Source: Candidatus Bathyarchaeum tardum (GTDB taxonomy: Archaea; Thermoproteota; Bathyarchaeia; Bathyarchaeales; Bathyarchaeaceae). From it: a stretch of DNA of 64,000 nt. The notes beneath the pieces are model-generated. The model saw only the letters and a list, made by a program, of their open reading frames with translations, did not search any database and was not told the DNA's origin. Position 1 is the stretch's first letter. Every line of letters begins with the position of its first letter. Positions 37,811 through 47,620 of this stretch are shown here, in pieces. The position numbers and the translations under genes are program-made. The stretch lies in NCBI GenBank assembly GCA_024650005.2, contig CP122380.1, positions 96,001 through 160,000 of the forward strand, written 5' to 3'.

Positions 37811-39634
37811 TTGACAGACGAATCAACCAACAAATATATTGACAAAATAGTTGACCGATATTCACAACTGTTTACTCTTCCCTCCACCCGCAAACTTGCT
37901 GTTTATTTTGCTTTGGTGGGTCTACATGGTGGGGTTATTTCAGTATTAGCGCTAAACTTGTCTTTAGACAACTTTCTTCATGGTTTATTTTTTGGATCAA
38001 CTTTTATTCTTCTAACTTTTTTTGCAGACCTAATAATCAAAGCTACGGCAATGAAAAATGACCATGTTTTCAATTTACGTCGGTCTTTTGCCCTGTCTTT
38101 TTTTTCTTCACTTGTGTGGTTTGCAATTCTTCTTTTGGGGTCCTTAGTTAGTGGTTTTCTTGGGGTTTCAAACCTTTGGATACGCTTCTTTTTTCTCGGA
38201 TTTGGGGGGTCCCTCATTCTTCGGTTACTCGTGTATTCAGTAACCTCCTTTGCAGGCTTTGCAGGAGCAACTTTTGCTTCTATGTTGCAGCCAGTTCTTT
38301 GTTTGCTTTCACTATTTTTTGTACCCTCTACAGTTGAGTCTTTTACACAGAGCCAACTTCTGCTGTTTGTTTCTATTCCTGTTTGTATTGCTTTCCTTAC
38401 TGTTCTACTTTTCAAGTATTTCATGGACCGTGAAGGCACTGGAAGTCTTGGAATTGCGTCTTCTGTTTTGTTTAAAGCCTTTATAGCCAATTGGACTGAA
38501 GACCTTGTGGCTCCTTTGGAAACTTTTTTTGAAAAAATGGGTACTTTAGAAGACGTTAAAGTTTCGTTGTTGACTTTTAGGACTGAAGAAAAACTAAAAG
38601 CTGCAATTATTGTACCTGCTTTACATCCTGGACCCTTTAAAAATCTTGGGAGTAGTCTTCTTCCCTCTTTGATTCAAACAGCTGTTCAAGAAAAATACGG
38701 TTGTGTTGTTTGTGCACCTCACGGTTTAGTTGGTCATGAATTAGATGTTGCTTCGCAGGCTCATAATCAGCGGGTTTTGGATAGTATTATTGGGTTTCTG
38801 GGCGAATCAAATAGTTATTCAAAAGCTACGCCAATGGTACGAACAGAAAGTCGAGATGCAAAAGCTAGTTGCCAACTTTTTGGGGATTTTGCCTTTGTCA
38901 CTTTAACTACTGCACCAAAAACAATTGAAGATCTCCCCCCTGAACTAGAAGCTTTTCTTTCGGAAGAAGCAAGAAAGCGAGGCCTTTCTATACTTCCAAT
39001 TGACGCCCACAACAGCATGGGGGGTGAATTTGACTTGAAGAATGCGGTGTCTTCGTTTAGTCAGGCTTCTATTGCTTGTTTTGAAAAAGCTTTGAGATCT
39101 ACTGAATCGTCTTTCCGTGTTGGGGCTTCAACAATTATTCCTCGTGATTTTTCTGTTCGTGATGGTATGGGTCCAGGAGGAATAAGTGTAATCGTAACTG
39201 AAGTTGAGGCCCAAAAAACGGCTTATGTGACCATTGATGGCAACAACATGGTGTCTGGGCTACGGGACAAAATTCTTTCAGCAGTAAAAACACTTGGTGT
39301 GGATGACGGTGAAGTTCTTACTACTGATACTCATTCAGTATGTGGGCTTACACGTAGTTCTCGTGGATACAATCTGGTGGGAGAAGCAATTGACCACACA
39401 AAGCTCGTCAGTTATATTAAAGACGCTGTTTCCCGTGCAATTAATAATCTAGAGCCTGTTACTGCGTCGTGGCGCACGGAAATGATTCATGACGTCAAAG
39501 TTATTGGGGACAAACAAATAACAGAACTAACCGTTTTAGCTGACAAAACCACAGAATGTGTTAAACGAGTTGCATTAATCCTATTTCCTTTAACATCAAT
39601 AATCCTGACAACTCTTTTACTTGTTATTTTTTAA
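37811..39634 (+). CDS. DUF2070 family membrane protein
   Basis: N-terminal multi-TM region, HPGPF..GSS.LP, H..D, DAHN, DGNN, TTDTH motifs. Confidence 0.82.
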   Translation: MTDESTNKYIDKIVDRYSQLFTLPSTRKLAVYFALVGLHGGVISVLALNLSLDNFLHGLFFGSTFILLTFFADLIIKATAMKNDHVFNLRRSFALSFFSSLVWFAILLLGSLVSGFLGVSNLWIRFFFLGFGGSLILRLLVYSVTSFAGFAGATFASMLQPVLCLLSLFFVPSTVESFTQSQLLLFVSIPVCIAFLTVLLFKYFMDREGTGSLGIASSVLFKAFIANWTEDLVAPLETFFEKMGTLEDVKVSLLTFRTEEKLKAAIIVPALHPGPFKNLGSSLLPSLIQTAVQEKYGCVVCAPHGLVGHELDVASQAHNQRVLDSIIGFLGESNSYSKATPMVRTESRDAKASCQLFGDFAFVTLTTAPKTIEDLPPELEAFLSEEARKRGLSILPIDAHNSMGGEFDLKNAVSSFSQASIACFEKALRSTESSFRVGASTIIPRDFSVRDGMGPGGISVIVTEVEAQKTAYVTIDGNNMVSGLRDKILSAVKTLGVDDGEVLTTDTHSVCGLTRSSRGYNLVGEAIDHTKLVSYIKDAVSRAINNLEPVTASWRTEMIHDVKVIGDKQITELTVLADKTTECVKRVALILFPLTSIILTTLLLVIF

Positions 39635-39690
39635 GCTTTGATTTTTTCCGAAACCTTCTTTTATTTTTATCGTAGTTAATTTCATGTTAG

Positions 39691-40179
39691 GTGTGTGTTT
39701 TGAGTTCAAATGATGAGTTAGTTGGCCTTTTCAAAAATCAGATTAAAACTGAAGAAGCCATTGTGGATTCAGTAAAAACTGGTTTAGCTGAAATAAAAAA
39801 TCTTGCAGTTAAAGGTGTTTTGAGGGCGATTTCTTTAGATTCTGTTAAACATGCAGAAATGTATTCATCTGCCATTATTTTGTTGAATGAGATTCCTCAA
39901 GCTTTAACTGAAGAAAACCTTGAAAAACAAAAAGAACTGCTAAAAAAACACATCCAATTAGAAACCGAAGTAATCGAGAAACTTGTTGAAGCCCTTCCAA
40001 ATGTAAAAAATAATAAAGTTAAACTTCTTTTGGAGGCGATATTATCTGATGAAAAACGTCATCATGATCTTTTAACAAAAATATTAAAAATTCTTGTAAA
40101 AGGCGAAACAATCACTGATGATGATTGGTGGGACATGCTTTGGGAAAACGTTCCTTTTCATGGAGCGCCCGGAGGTTAA
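39691..40179 (+). CDS. Ferritin-like (rubrerythrin-fold) di-iron protein
   Basis: Paired E..(DSVKH) and E..(DEKRH) four-helix motifs. Confidence 0.75.
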   Translation: MCVLSSNDELVGLFKNQIKTEEAIVDSVKTGLAEIKNLAVKGVLRAISLDSVKHAEMYSSAIILLNEIPQALTEENLEKQKELLKKHIQLETEVIEKLVEALPNVKNNKVKLLLEAILSDEKRHHDLLTKILKILVKGETITDDDWWDMLWENVPFHGAPGG

Positions 40180-40221
40180 AAAAGAATCAAGGCGATAGTT
40201 TAACATCGCTTATAATTTAAT

Positions 40222-41190
40222 TTATTCTATTTCACAGGCTTTGAGCAGTTTCTTCCAGCGACGGTCAACATTGTTTTGGATTTCGTCTAGAATATGTTTA
40301 TTTTTTGGTTTGAATAGGTGCCTGAATCTACGTTGGGTTTTTAGGTACACTTCTACTGGCTTCTTTTTTTCTGGCTTCATGGCTATTATTTTACTTTTTG
40401 GTGAAAGCTTGTATTCGCCGCATTCTGCTTCCCACAGTGGAAATACACATGTTTCAACTGCAAGGCGAGAAATTTCAACAGATTGGGCAGTTTCACTTCT
40501 CCATCCTCTTGGGCATGGAGCAAAACTATGCAAAAATGCTGGTCCATTTATTTCCATTCCTTTTCGCGCTTTTTTCACCATGTCATTCCAATATCCAATG
40601 CTAGCTGTTGCCACGTAAGGCATTTCGTGGGCAACCATTATGTCTGCTATTGGTTTTTTGTATTGGGGTTTTCCTGGAATTACTTCTCCTGCTGGGGATG
40701 TTGTTGTCCATGCACCATGTGGAGTCCCTCCGCTTCTTTGTATTCCTGTATTCATGTAGGCTTCGTTATCGTAAAGCACGTAAAGGAAGTCGTGTCCTCT
40801 TTCTACTGCCCCTGATAATGCTTGGAAGCCGATATCGAAGGTTCCACCATCTCCTGCAAAAGCAACAACATCTATGTGTTCATCTTTTATGCGCCCTTTT
40901 TTTCTCAGAATCTTTAATGCACTTTCTATTCCTGCTGCGTTGGCTGCTGCAGTTTCAAAGGCAGTGTGTATCCACGGTACGTCCCATGCTGTGTTTGGGT
41001 AAATAGTAGAAACTACTTCCATGCATCCTGTGGCGTTTGTGGCTATTACTGGGCCTCTTGCTGCTTTCATTACCAATCGAAGAGCGATTGCTGGTCCACA
41101 TCCTGCGCAAGCTCTGTGCCCTGGCATAAATTTTTCAGGTATTTTTGCAAATTCTTTTCCTGTAACTTTCCATTCTGTCATTTTCTTCAC
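40222..41190 (-). CDS. porB: Pyruvate:ferredoxin oxidoreductase beta subunit
   Basis: GHRACAGC, TGCMEV, GDGGTFDIG, DNEAYMNTG.Q, PCPRGW. Confidence 0.93.
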   Translation of the reverse strand: MKKMTEWKVTGKEFAKIPEKFMPGHRACAGCGPAIALRLVMKAARGPVIATNATGCMEVVSTIYPNTAWDVPWIHTAFETAAANAAGIESALKILRKKGRIKDEHIDVVAFAGDGGTFDIGFQALSGAVERGHDFLYVLYDNEAYMNTGIQRSGGTPHGAWTTTSPAGEVIPGKPQYKKPIADIMVAHEMPYVATASIGYWNDMVKKARKGMEINGPAFLHSFAPCPRGWRSETAQSVEISRLAVETCVFPLWEAECGEYKLSPKSKIIAMKPEKKKPVEVYLKTQRRFRHLFKPKNKHILDEIQNNVDRRWKKLLKACEIE

Positions 41191-42422
41191 TCCCTTAATC
41201 CGACAAATTGTATCTTGTTTTCAATTTGTCCTGTTTTTGCAATATTCTGTAAATCTTTGTAGATGCTTTCAATCATTATTGGTGGTGTATCTCGTCCACC
41301 TAGACCGTAAATGTAGTTAACTACTTGTGGGCTATCCGACACATCATATAATGCATGACGAATTTCAATGAAAATTGGTCCACCGTTTCCGCCAAAACTT
41401 GATGAACGATCCATTACGGCAACCGCCTTTTTACCTGACAAGTTGCTGATTATATCTTCAACAGGTACAGGTCTAAACGTTCTTAATCTGAGCAATCCTG
41501 CTTTGATTCCTTTTTCACGCAGATCATCTACAACAGTTTTTATTGTTCCCGCAGTAGAACCGATACATACTGTAACAATCTCTGCATCTTCAAGCCTGTA
41601 TGCTTCAACTAACGCATTTCCATAACTTCGTCCACTTTGTTTTGCATATTCGTTATGTACTTGTTTGATAACTTTAAGCGCTTTTTTCATGGCTTCTTCT
41701 TGTTGTCGTTTATGTTCAAAGTAGTAATCTTGAAGAGCAACAGGTCCAAGTGTCAATGGTTTTTCGGGGTCCAGCTTGAACGGAACAATTTCGCCTCTAT
41801 GATTCATCACGTGGGGAATTTGTCGTATTCCTACAAATTTTTTAACAGTTTCATCTGGAAGAACGGTTACGTTCTCTAACGTGTGGCTTAAAACGAAGCC
41901 GTCAATTCCAACCATTATTGGAAGTTGAACCTCCAAGTTTTCAGCGATTTTGAATGCTTGAATTATCGAATCATAGGCTTCTTGGCTGTTTTCGGCATAC
42001 ATCTGTATCCAGCCCAAATCCCTTTGAGCCATAGAATCTGCATGGTCACAGTGAATGTTAAGGGGAGCTGACAATGCCCTATTAACAACCGACATTACAA
42101 TTGGCATTCTTGAACCTGAAGCAACACCCAACATTTCATGCATTAATGCTAGACCAGCAGATGCAGTTGCAGTAAAAGTTCGGGCACCTGTTGCCGCTGC
42201 TGTTATGCTACATGTCATTGCTGTGTGTTCTGATTCTACACAAACGAATTCTGTGTCTACTTCGCCGTTTGCGACGTATTCACTAAATTTTTCGACAATT
42301 ATAGTTTGAGGGGTAATTGGATATGCAGCTACTACATCTACGTCGCACTGTTTTACAGCGTAGGCGACTGCTTCATCTCCGTTGAGAGGTATAGTTTTTT
42401 GTTCAACTTTGGTCATTTTCAT
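41187..42422 (-). CDS. porA: Pyruvate:ferredoxin oxidoreductase alpha subunit
   Basis: AYPITPQT, ESEH, TATASAGL, NRALSAP, GLGGRD. Confidence 0.93.
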   Translation of the reverse strand: MKMTKVEQKTIPLNGDEAVAYAVKQCDVDVVAAYPITPQTIIVEKFSEYVANGEVDTEFVCVESEHTAMTCSITAAATGARTFTATASAGLALMHEMLGVASGSRMPIVMSVVNRALSAPLNIHCDHADSMAQRDLGWIQMYAENSQEAYDSIIQAFKIAENLEVQLPIMVGIDGFVLSHTLENVTVLPDETVKKFVGIRQIPHVMNHRGEIVPFKLDPEKPLTLGPVALQDYYFEHKRQQEEAMKKALKVIKQVHNEYAKQSGRSYGNALVEAYRLEDAEIVTVCIGSTAGTIKTVVDDLREKGIKAGLLRLRTFRPVPVEDIISNLSGKKAVAVMDRSSSFGGNGGPIFIEIRHALYDVSDSPQVVNYIYGLGGRDTPPIMIESIYKDLQNIAKTGQIENKIQFVGLRE

Positions 42423-42710
42423 TCACTCCTTTCCTTCCATGACCATTTCTATGGCTTTTGCTGGGCATTCATTTGCACAAATTCCGCAGCCTTTACAGAA
42501 ATCATAATCATATACCATGACATTTTGTTCTTCATTATATGTAACTGCGCCTTCAGGACAAAATATGTGACAGTTCATGCAACGTATGCATTTTTCTATG
42601 TTCCAAATAGGCTTGTAGGAACGCCAGTCTCCAGTTTTATAATCTGTACTAGGTACCCAACATACTCCTGCTATGGGAATTTCTTTCCAATTTTTCTTTT
42701 GTGGGCTCAT
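42423..42710 (-). CDS. porD: Pyruvate:ferredoxin oxidoreductase delta subunit (2x[4Fe-4S])
   Basis: TGDWR, CIRCMNCHIFCP, CKGCGICANECP. Confidence 0.93.
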   Translation of the reverse strand: MSPQKKNWKEIPIAGVCWVPSTDYKTGDWRSYKPIWNIEKCIRCMNCHIFCPEGAVTYNEEQNVMVYDYDFCKGCGICANECPAKAIEMVMEGKE

Positions 42711-43285
42711 TCAGTATTTGCCTCCTTGTATGCTTCTTTGATTACTCCAATGTTTTTTTCTGCAAGTTGTTCTGGAAAACGGTCATTTACTGCTTTTTCG
42801 ATGCTTTCCATTTCTACTATCCCTGTTGCGCGGGCAACCACTCCAAGCATTGCTGTGTTTGTTATTGCTCTTCCAAGAATCCGCATTGCTACATCAGTTG
42901 CTGGAACTGTCCACACTGTTCCTTGTTTCATATTCAGTTTTGCTTTCATTGTTTTTGGGTCTTTTGTTGTGTTTATTATCAAAATTCCTTCTTTGCTTAA
43001 GCCCTCTGTAACTGGAACTGTTGCTAAAAGGGTTGGATCCATTACTATTGCTAAATCTGGATGGTATACTGCAGAATGGAGCCTGATTGGTTCATCACTA
43101 ATTCGTGTATAAGCTTTTACTGGTGCCCCCATTCTTTCAGGACCGAATTCGGGGAATGATTGGATAAATTTACCTTCATGGATTGCAGCTCGCGCCAACA
43201 GCTCACTTGCTGTCCACGCTCCTTGACCACCTCGTCCATGCCATCTGAACTCTTTGAGAACCACTAATCTTCCTCCAAACAGCAT
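42707..43285 (-). CDS. porC: Pyruvate:ferredoxin oxidoreductase gamma subunit
   Basis: RWHGRGGQG, FPEFGPERMGAPV, NTAMLG. Confidence 0.93.
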   Translation of the reverse strand: MLFGGRLVVLKEFRWHGRGGQGAWTASELLARAAIHEGKFIQSFPEFGPERMGAPVKAYTRISDEPIRLHSAVYHPDLAIVMDPTLLATVPVTEGLSKEGILIINTTKDPKTMKAKLNMKQGTVWTVPATDVAMRILGRAITNTAMLGVVARATGIVEMESIEKAVNDRFPEQLAEKNIGVIKEAYKEANTE

Positions 43286-43553
43286 CTCACGTAATTTGTT
43301 TAAATTACGACTTACAAGTTACGGTCATTTTTAAGTATTAGGGAAATTGCACACCTGCAGTGCAGTTTTATTGAATATTTTTTGTATTTTGAGTCATAAA
43401 AACTCGTGATTTTATTACCCTTCGATTTGTATGTGCTCGAAGTGACACCTGCTCTTTTATGAATTACATGAAACTTCAGTGCAAACATATAAGAGGATAT
43501 GCCGCAATTTAGATTTAATTTAAAATTATGCTAGGAAAAATGAGGAATGATTT

Positions 43554-43889
43554 TTGGGCAAAGAAGCAACGAATTATGAAGATGATACAAGCAAAATTGG
43601 TAATAATATTGTTCTTATTGGCAAAAAGCCAGTAATGAATTATGTTACTGCTTGTATCACATTCTTCAACAGCAGCGGTGAAAACAATGTTGTTGTCAAA
43701 GCTCGTGGTCGGGCAATATGTAAAGCCGTTGATGCAGTTGAATTGCTTCGTCGTGCATTCATCAAAAACTTAGAAATTAGTAATGTTTCAATAGATACTG
43801 TAGAACTCTTTAGATCTGAAGACAATCAAAAATCAAATATCTCAACAATCGAAATCATTATCAAAAAATCTGAACCATCACAAACTTAA
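43554..43889 (+). CDS. albA: Alba chromatin/RNA-binding protein
   Basis: IGKKPVMNYV, KARGRAI.KAVD, S.IEI. Confidence 0.93.
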   Translation: MGKEATNYEDDTSKIGNNIVLIGKKPVMNYVTACITFFNSSGENNVVVKARGRAICKAVDAVELLRRAFIKNLEISNVSIDTVELFRSEDNQKSNISTIEIIIKKSEPSQT

Positions 43890-44008
43890 TCTTAACTTTA
43901 GATTTTCTTTACACTTGTGCTATTTTATTGTCCATTTGGTAAATTGTTTCAGGACTTAGATATGTATAAAAATAGTGCAACTTACTTGAATATTATTGGT
44001 GCACTATT

Positions 44009-45349
44009 TTGTCTGATTATCCAAATATTGTTGTTCGACCACCTGGACCTAAAGCTAGAACGTTAACTAAACGTGATTCAGTTGCCCTTTCTCCCTCATT
44101 TACTCGTTATTATCCTTTGGTGATAGAATCTGGACATGATTGTATCGTAAAAGATGTAGACGGAAACGAGTACATAGACTTCAACTCAGGATTAGCTTGT
44201 TTAAACGTCGGGCACACTCATCCCAAAGTTGTTGAAGCAATAAAGAATCAATGCGACAAGTTTTTGCATTATTCTAACACGGATTTTTATTATAGTCAAA
44301 CAGTAAATTTAGCAGAGAAACTTTTCGAGATAACTCCTGGAGATTTCCAAAAAAAGGTACACTTTGGAAACAGCGGGGCAGAAGCTGTAGAAACAGCAAT
44401 CAAACTTTCCAAATGGCACACCCGTAAACACCAATTCATTGCATTTATAGGAGCCTTTCATGGACGAACATGTGCTGCGACGGCTCTTACCGCAAGTAAA
44501 CCAACTCAAAGGCGACATTTTTTTCCATTAATTCCCGGAATAACACATGTTCCGTACCCGTACTGTTACCGGTGTCCGTTCCACCTTTCACACCCTGAAT
44601 GCAATTACCACTGTGTGGACTTCATAGATGAACAAGTTTTGCAAAAATACGTTCCCCCTGAAGAAGTTGCAGGATTTGTTTTTGAGCCGATTCAAGGTGA
44701 AGGTGGGTATGTTGTTCCTCCTTCTAATTATTTTCAACGCCTTCGAAAATTGGCAGATAAATACGGTTTGTTGTTGATTGCTGATGAAGTTCAATCTGGA
44801 ATTGGGCGAACTGGAAAATGGTTTGCAATTGAACACTGGAAAACTGAACCTGATATAATTTGTGTCGCAAAAGCTCTTGCTTCAGGGTTGCCGTTAAGTG
44901 CAACTGTGGCACGGGCGCGGTTGATGGATTGGGACGCTGGTTCTCATGCTAGCACTTTTGGAGGAAATCCTTTGGCGTGTGCAGCTGCAGTGAATGTTCT
45001 TGAAACAATCAAGGAAGAAAAACTTCTTGAAAATGCTGAAAAACAGGGTAATTACATCATGAAGTGGCTGCGTGATGTAAGAGAAGAACACGAGATTGTT
45101 GGTGACGTTCGAGGTAAAGGCTTGATGATTGGAGTTGAGTTTGTGGAAGATAAACAAACTAAAACAGCTGGACCTGATCAAGCTAGAGAAGTTATGGTTC
45201 GTTGCTGGCGACGGGGTGTAGCAATTATAACTTGTGGAGTTTCGACTCTTCGGTTGGTTCCTCCTTTAACAATAAGTCGAGACCTAATAGATTCTAGTTT
45301 AGAAATAATTGGAGATGTCATCAAAGAAGTTGACGAAGAGTCTTCTTAA
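44009..45349 (+). CDS. Class III PLP aminotransferase (4-aminobutyrate/acetylornithine type)
   Basis: DVDGNEYIDF, NSGAEA, AFHGRT, EPIQGEGG, DEVQSG.GRTG, AK, STFGGNP. Confidence 0.92.
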   Translation: MSDYPNIVVRPPGPKARTLTKRDSVALSPSFTRYYPLVIESGHDCIVKDVDGNEYIDFNSGLACLNVGHTHPKVVEAIKNQCDKFLHYSNTDFYYSQTVNLAEKLFEITPGDFQKKVHFGNSGAEAVETAIKLSKWHTRKHQFIAFIGAFHGRTCAATALTASKPTQRRHFFPLIPGITHVPYPYCYRCPFHLSHPECNYHCVDFIDEQVLQKYVPPEEVAGFVFEPIQGEGGYVVPPSNYFQRLRKLADKYGLLLIADEVQSGIGRTGKWFAIEHWKTEPDIICVAKALASGLPLSATVARARLMDWDAGSHASTFGGNPLACAAAVNVLETIKEEKLLENAEKQGNYIMKWLRDVREEHEIVGDVRGKGLMIGVEFVEDKQTKTAGPDQAREVMVRCWRRGVAIITCGVSTLRLVPPLTISRDLIDSSLEIIGDVIKEVDEESS

Positions 45350-45354
45350 TCTAT

Positions 45355-46158
45355 TTAATTTAACGTTTCGATAACCGTGGAATATCGTGAAGATAGTTCC
45401 ATTCGGTTTTCATATCCTCTTCTTGCGTAAACATTTCGAATTTTTATTCTTACGCCTTCGGGCAAATCTTTAACTGTTTGCGCCAAATTTCTCCATGCTG
45501 ACACTCTGATTGTGCTTGACTTGTCAGTTAATTCAAAATTGGCAACTGCAATTTTTTCATTTCGTGCTGTTGTGACTTCTCTGAATACGGGTTTTGTTGT
45601 GACTGTTCCTTCAACTGTTATTGGACCGCCTTCCTCTGTAATTTCAGCTAACTTTTTTGTTGCCTGATCTAGAACCTTGATTCTTCCTTTATCTCCTAGA
45701 TGCAGTTCAGGTTTTCCATCTTGTCCTTGGCGGACGTATGCATGGGACACGTTGATTTTTTGCTCTTTTTGAATTTTTCCTTTGTCTAAAAGTTCGGCTT
45801 TGTCGTCCCACAGAACAACTCTTATTGTTCCAGTTTTGTCTGAAACAATAATGCTGCCTATTTTTCCTTCTGTCCAATCTCTGCGTTTGAATGTTCTGGA
45901 TGGATAACTTGTAACAACTTGGACATTCAAGGAAACGTCATTTAATCCTGATACGATGTCTTTGATTTGAATTTTAAGACTAAACTGTTTCTTAGATATT
46001 TTAACTCCTAGTTCGGATGCTATAATTCGAGCTGCTGTTTGGTCTGTTAGGAAATTTCCTGTTTCCTTTTTTTTATTTTTTATCATTTCAAAAATTTGTT
46101 CAGTTTTGAGGTCAGTACGGGCTGTTAAAATTTGGTTAACAATTATATCTAAACCCAT
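45355..46158 (-). CDS. Replication protein A / OB-fold ssDNA-binding protein
   Basis: Two OB folds (DKTGTIRVVLWD, DKSSTIRVSAW) after an N-terminal helical domain. Confidence 0.85.
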   Translation of the reverse strand: MGLDIIVNQILTARTDLKTEQIFEMIKNKKKETGNFLTDQTAARIIASELGVKISKKQFSLKIQIKDIVSGLNDVSLNVQVVTSYPSRTFKRRDWTEGKIGSIIVSDKTGTIRVVLWDDKAELLDKGKIQKEQKINVSHAYVRQGQDGKPELHLGDKGRIKVLDQATKKLAEITEEGGPITVEGTVTTKPVFREVTTARNEKIAVANFELTDKSSTIRVSAWRNLAQTVKDLPEGVRIKIRNVYARRGYENRMELSSRYSTVIETLN

Positions 46159-46284
46159 GTTGCTTCACTGAGTGACTTCAATTTAGTTTTTTGTTGCCAA
46201 CTATTGCTGAATGGTTGGCGAGTGTCCTTCTATCTTTTACTTATTTGTTTGTTCCGCAATAAAGATAGAACAAAAAGATTTTGC

Positions 46285-46404
46285 TCATTCTTCTTCGGTT
46301 TCGTCTTTACCGTAAACCATGTACAAGAAGCCTAGAACCAATGCTGTGAAAATCAAGGCTGATAATCCGATGAGTATCCAGGCAAAATATCCATCTGCAG
46401 TCAT
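46285..46404 (-). CDS. Small single-TM protein (39 aa), missed by ORF track
   Basis: CAGGAG RBS; MTADGYFAWILIGLSALIFTALVLGFLYMVYGKDETEEE. Confidence 0.65.
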   Translation of the reverse strand: MTADGYFAWILIGLSALIFTALVLGFLYMVYGKDETEEE

Positions 46405-46442
46405 GTTAAATTCTCCTGTGGTCTAAAATAATTGGATGTGAA

Positions 46443-46856
46443 CTATTTAAGCTGATGCCCTTTCCATTCTTCCATGAGGCAATCGTAGAGTCTATCTTCT
46501 TCTTCGATTTTGTCGTACAGCTCTAATTCATCGGCTATCTTTTGCGCAATAAGATGATAACAAATGTTTGTTTCCCTATCCATTACCCTGAAATAAAAGT
46601 CATCACAAGAACAAAAACCAGCTTCTGGCATAATCTGATATTCCCGTTCTCTGCCCACAACTACCCAAACAATTCTGCCACTGGGACTAAAAATATACTT
46701 TTTTACCCGTTCCTCTTGAATTGTATTCCACGCTTTTGTAAACCGCGAACCAAAAGCTTCTGATAACTGAACTAGCTGACTTTCTGTCAGTTTCCCTTTA
46801 TCTTTTGCTTCTTCACACAATTTTTCGAGTAGCTTGACTTCTTTGGAGATTTTCAT
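46443..46856 (-). CDS. SWIM zinc-finger protein
   Basis: VW.VVG...EY, CSC.DF...C.H SWIM motif. Confidence 0.85.
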   Translation of the reverse strand: MKISKEVKLLEKLCEEAKDKGKLTESQLVQLSEAFGSRFTKAWNTIQEERVKKYIFSPSGRIVWVVVGREREYQIMPEAGFCSCDDFYFRVMDRETNICYHLIAQKIADELELYDKIEEEDRLYDCLMEEWKGHQLK

Positions 46857-46936
46857 TAGCTCTTTTATTTGTTAGACTAGTTATTGGCTTTTCTGTATTT
46901 GACCCCTTCTTCGAACAATGGTTTTTGTTTGGCTGT

Positions 46937-47569
46937 TTATTCAACTTTGATTGGTTCGCCATTTGCTTGTTCTTCTTCAATTTTGGGTAACGTGACTTGT
47001 AGCACTCCGTTTTTATAGGATGTTTTGGCTTTCTTCGGGTCAATCTTTGATGGAATCTCGATTTGTTTATAGTATTTGCGTTGTTCTGTGTCAACAGAAA
47101 TAGTCAATGTCTCAGGGGTTCCAGAAAGTTTGATTTCTTCTTTTGCAACTCCTGGCAGTTCTGCTATTACTTTGATTTCACTTTCTAAGTCAACAATGTC
47201 TACTAAGGGTTCCCGTTCTTGTTTCACGTCAAGACACGGTTTGTTTACGCCACACGTTTCAGCCTCGTTTGAAGGTTTGACGTTGCCAAATTCTCGGATT
47301 TTTGGTTTGCCGTCTGGTCCTATGGTCATGCTGTATCCATAAACAAATGGACCCCACTCGGGTACTGTTGAACCGTCAGGAAGTTTGCGTTCTCTTTTCA
47401 TTTCTTCAGGTATGCGCGTTCTGAATTGTTCAAAATTTTGTTCCATCATTTCTTCCATTTCTCGCATCATGTCTTCAATGTCTCCGAAGAACCAGTTTCC
47501 AAAAAATGGAGTTCGTCTTTTTCGTTTCTTATACCATTCGGGCAAATCGTCCCCTGACATCACTTTCAC
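46937..47569 (-). CDS. hsp20: Archaeal small heat shock protein Hsp20
   Basis: GPFVYGYSMTIGPDGKP.IREFGN, EPLVD, AELPGV, YKNGVLQV, terminal IKVE. Confidence 0.92.
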   Translation of the reverse strand: MKVMSGDDLPEWYKKRKRRTPFFGNWFFGDIEDMMREMEEMMEQNFEQFRTRIPEEMKRERKLPDGSTVPEWGPFVYGYSMTIGPDGKPKIREFGNVKPSNEAETCGVNKPCLDVKQEREPLVDIVDLESEIKVIAELPGVAKEEIKLSGTPETLTISVDTEQRKYYKQIEIPSKIDPKKAKTSYKNGVLQVTLPKIEEEQANGEPIKVE

Positions 47570-47620
47570 CTTGCCTTTACATGTGTTACGGAATTCATTA
47601 AATCTTTCGAAGCTCCCTTC

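Noticed and set aside
40140-40179. C-terminal GG of the ferritin-like protein as a ubiquitin/SAMP-like signal
   Set aside because: The protein is a four-helix di-iron fold, not beta-grasp, and no E1 or JAMM gene is nearby.
42306-43112. 268-aa plus-strand ORF
   Set aside because: Antisense to porA/porD/porC with no protein-like motifs; 53528-54145 and 61519-62208 are similar shadows of atpA and atpE.
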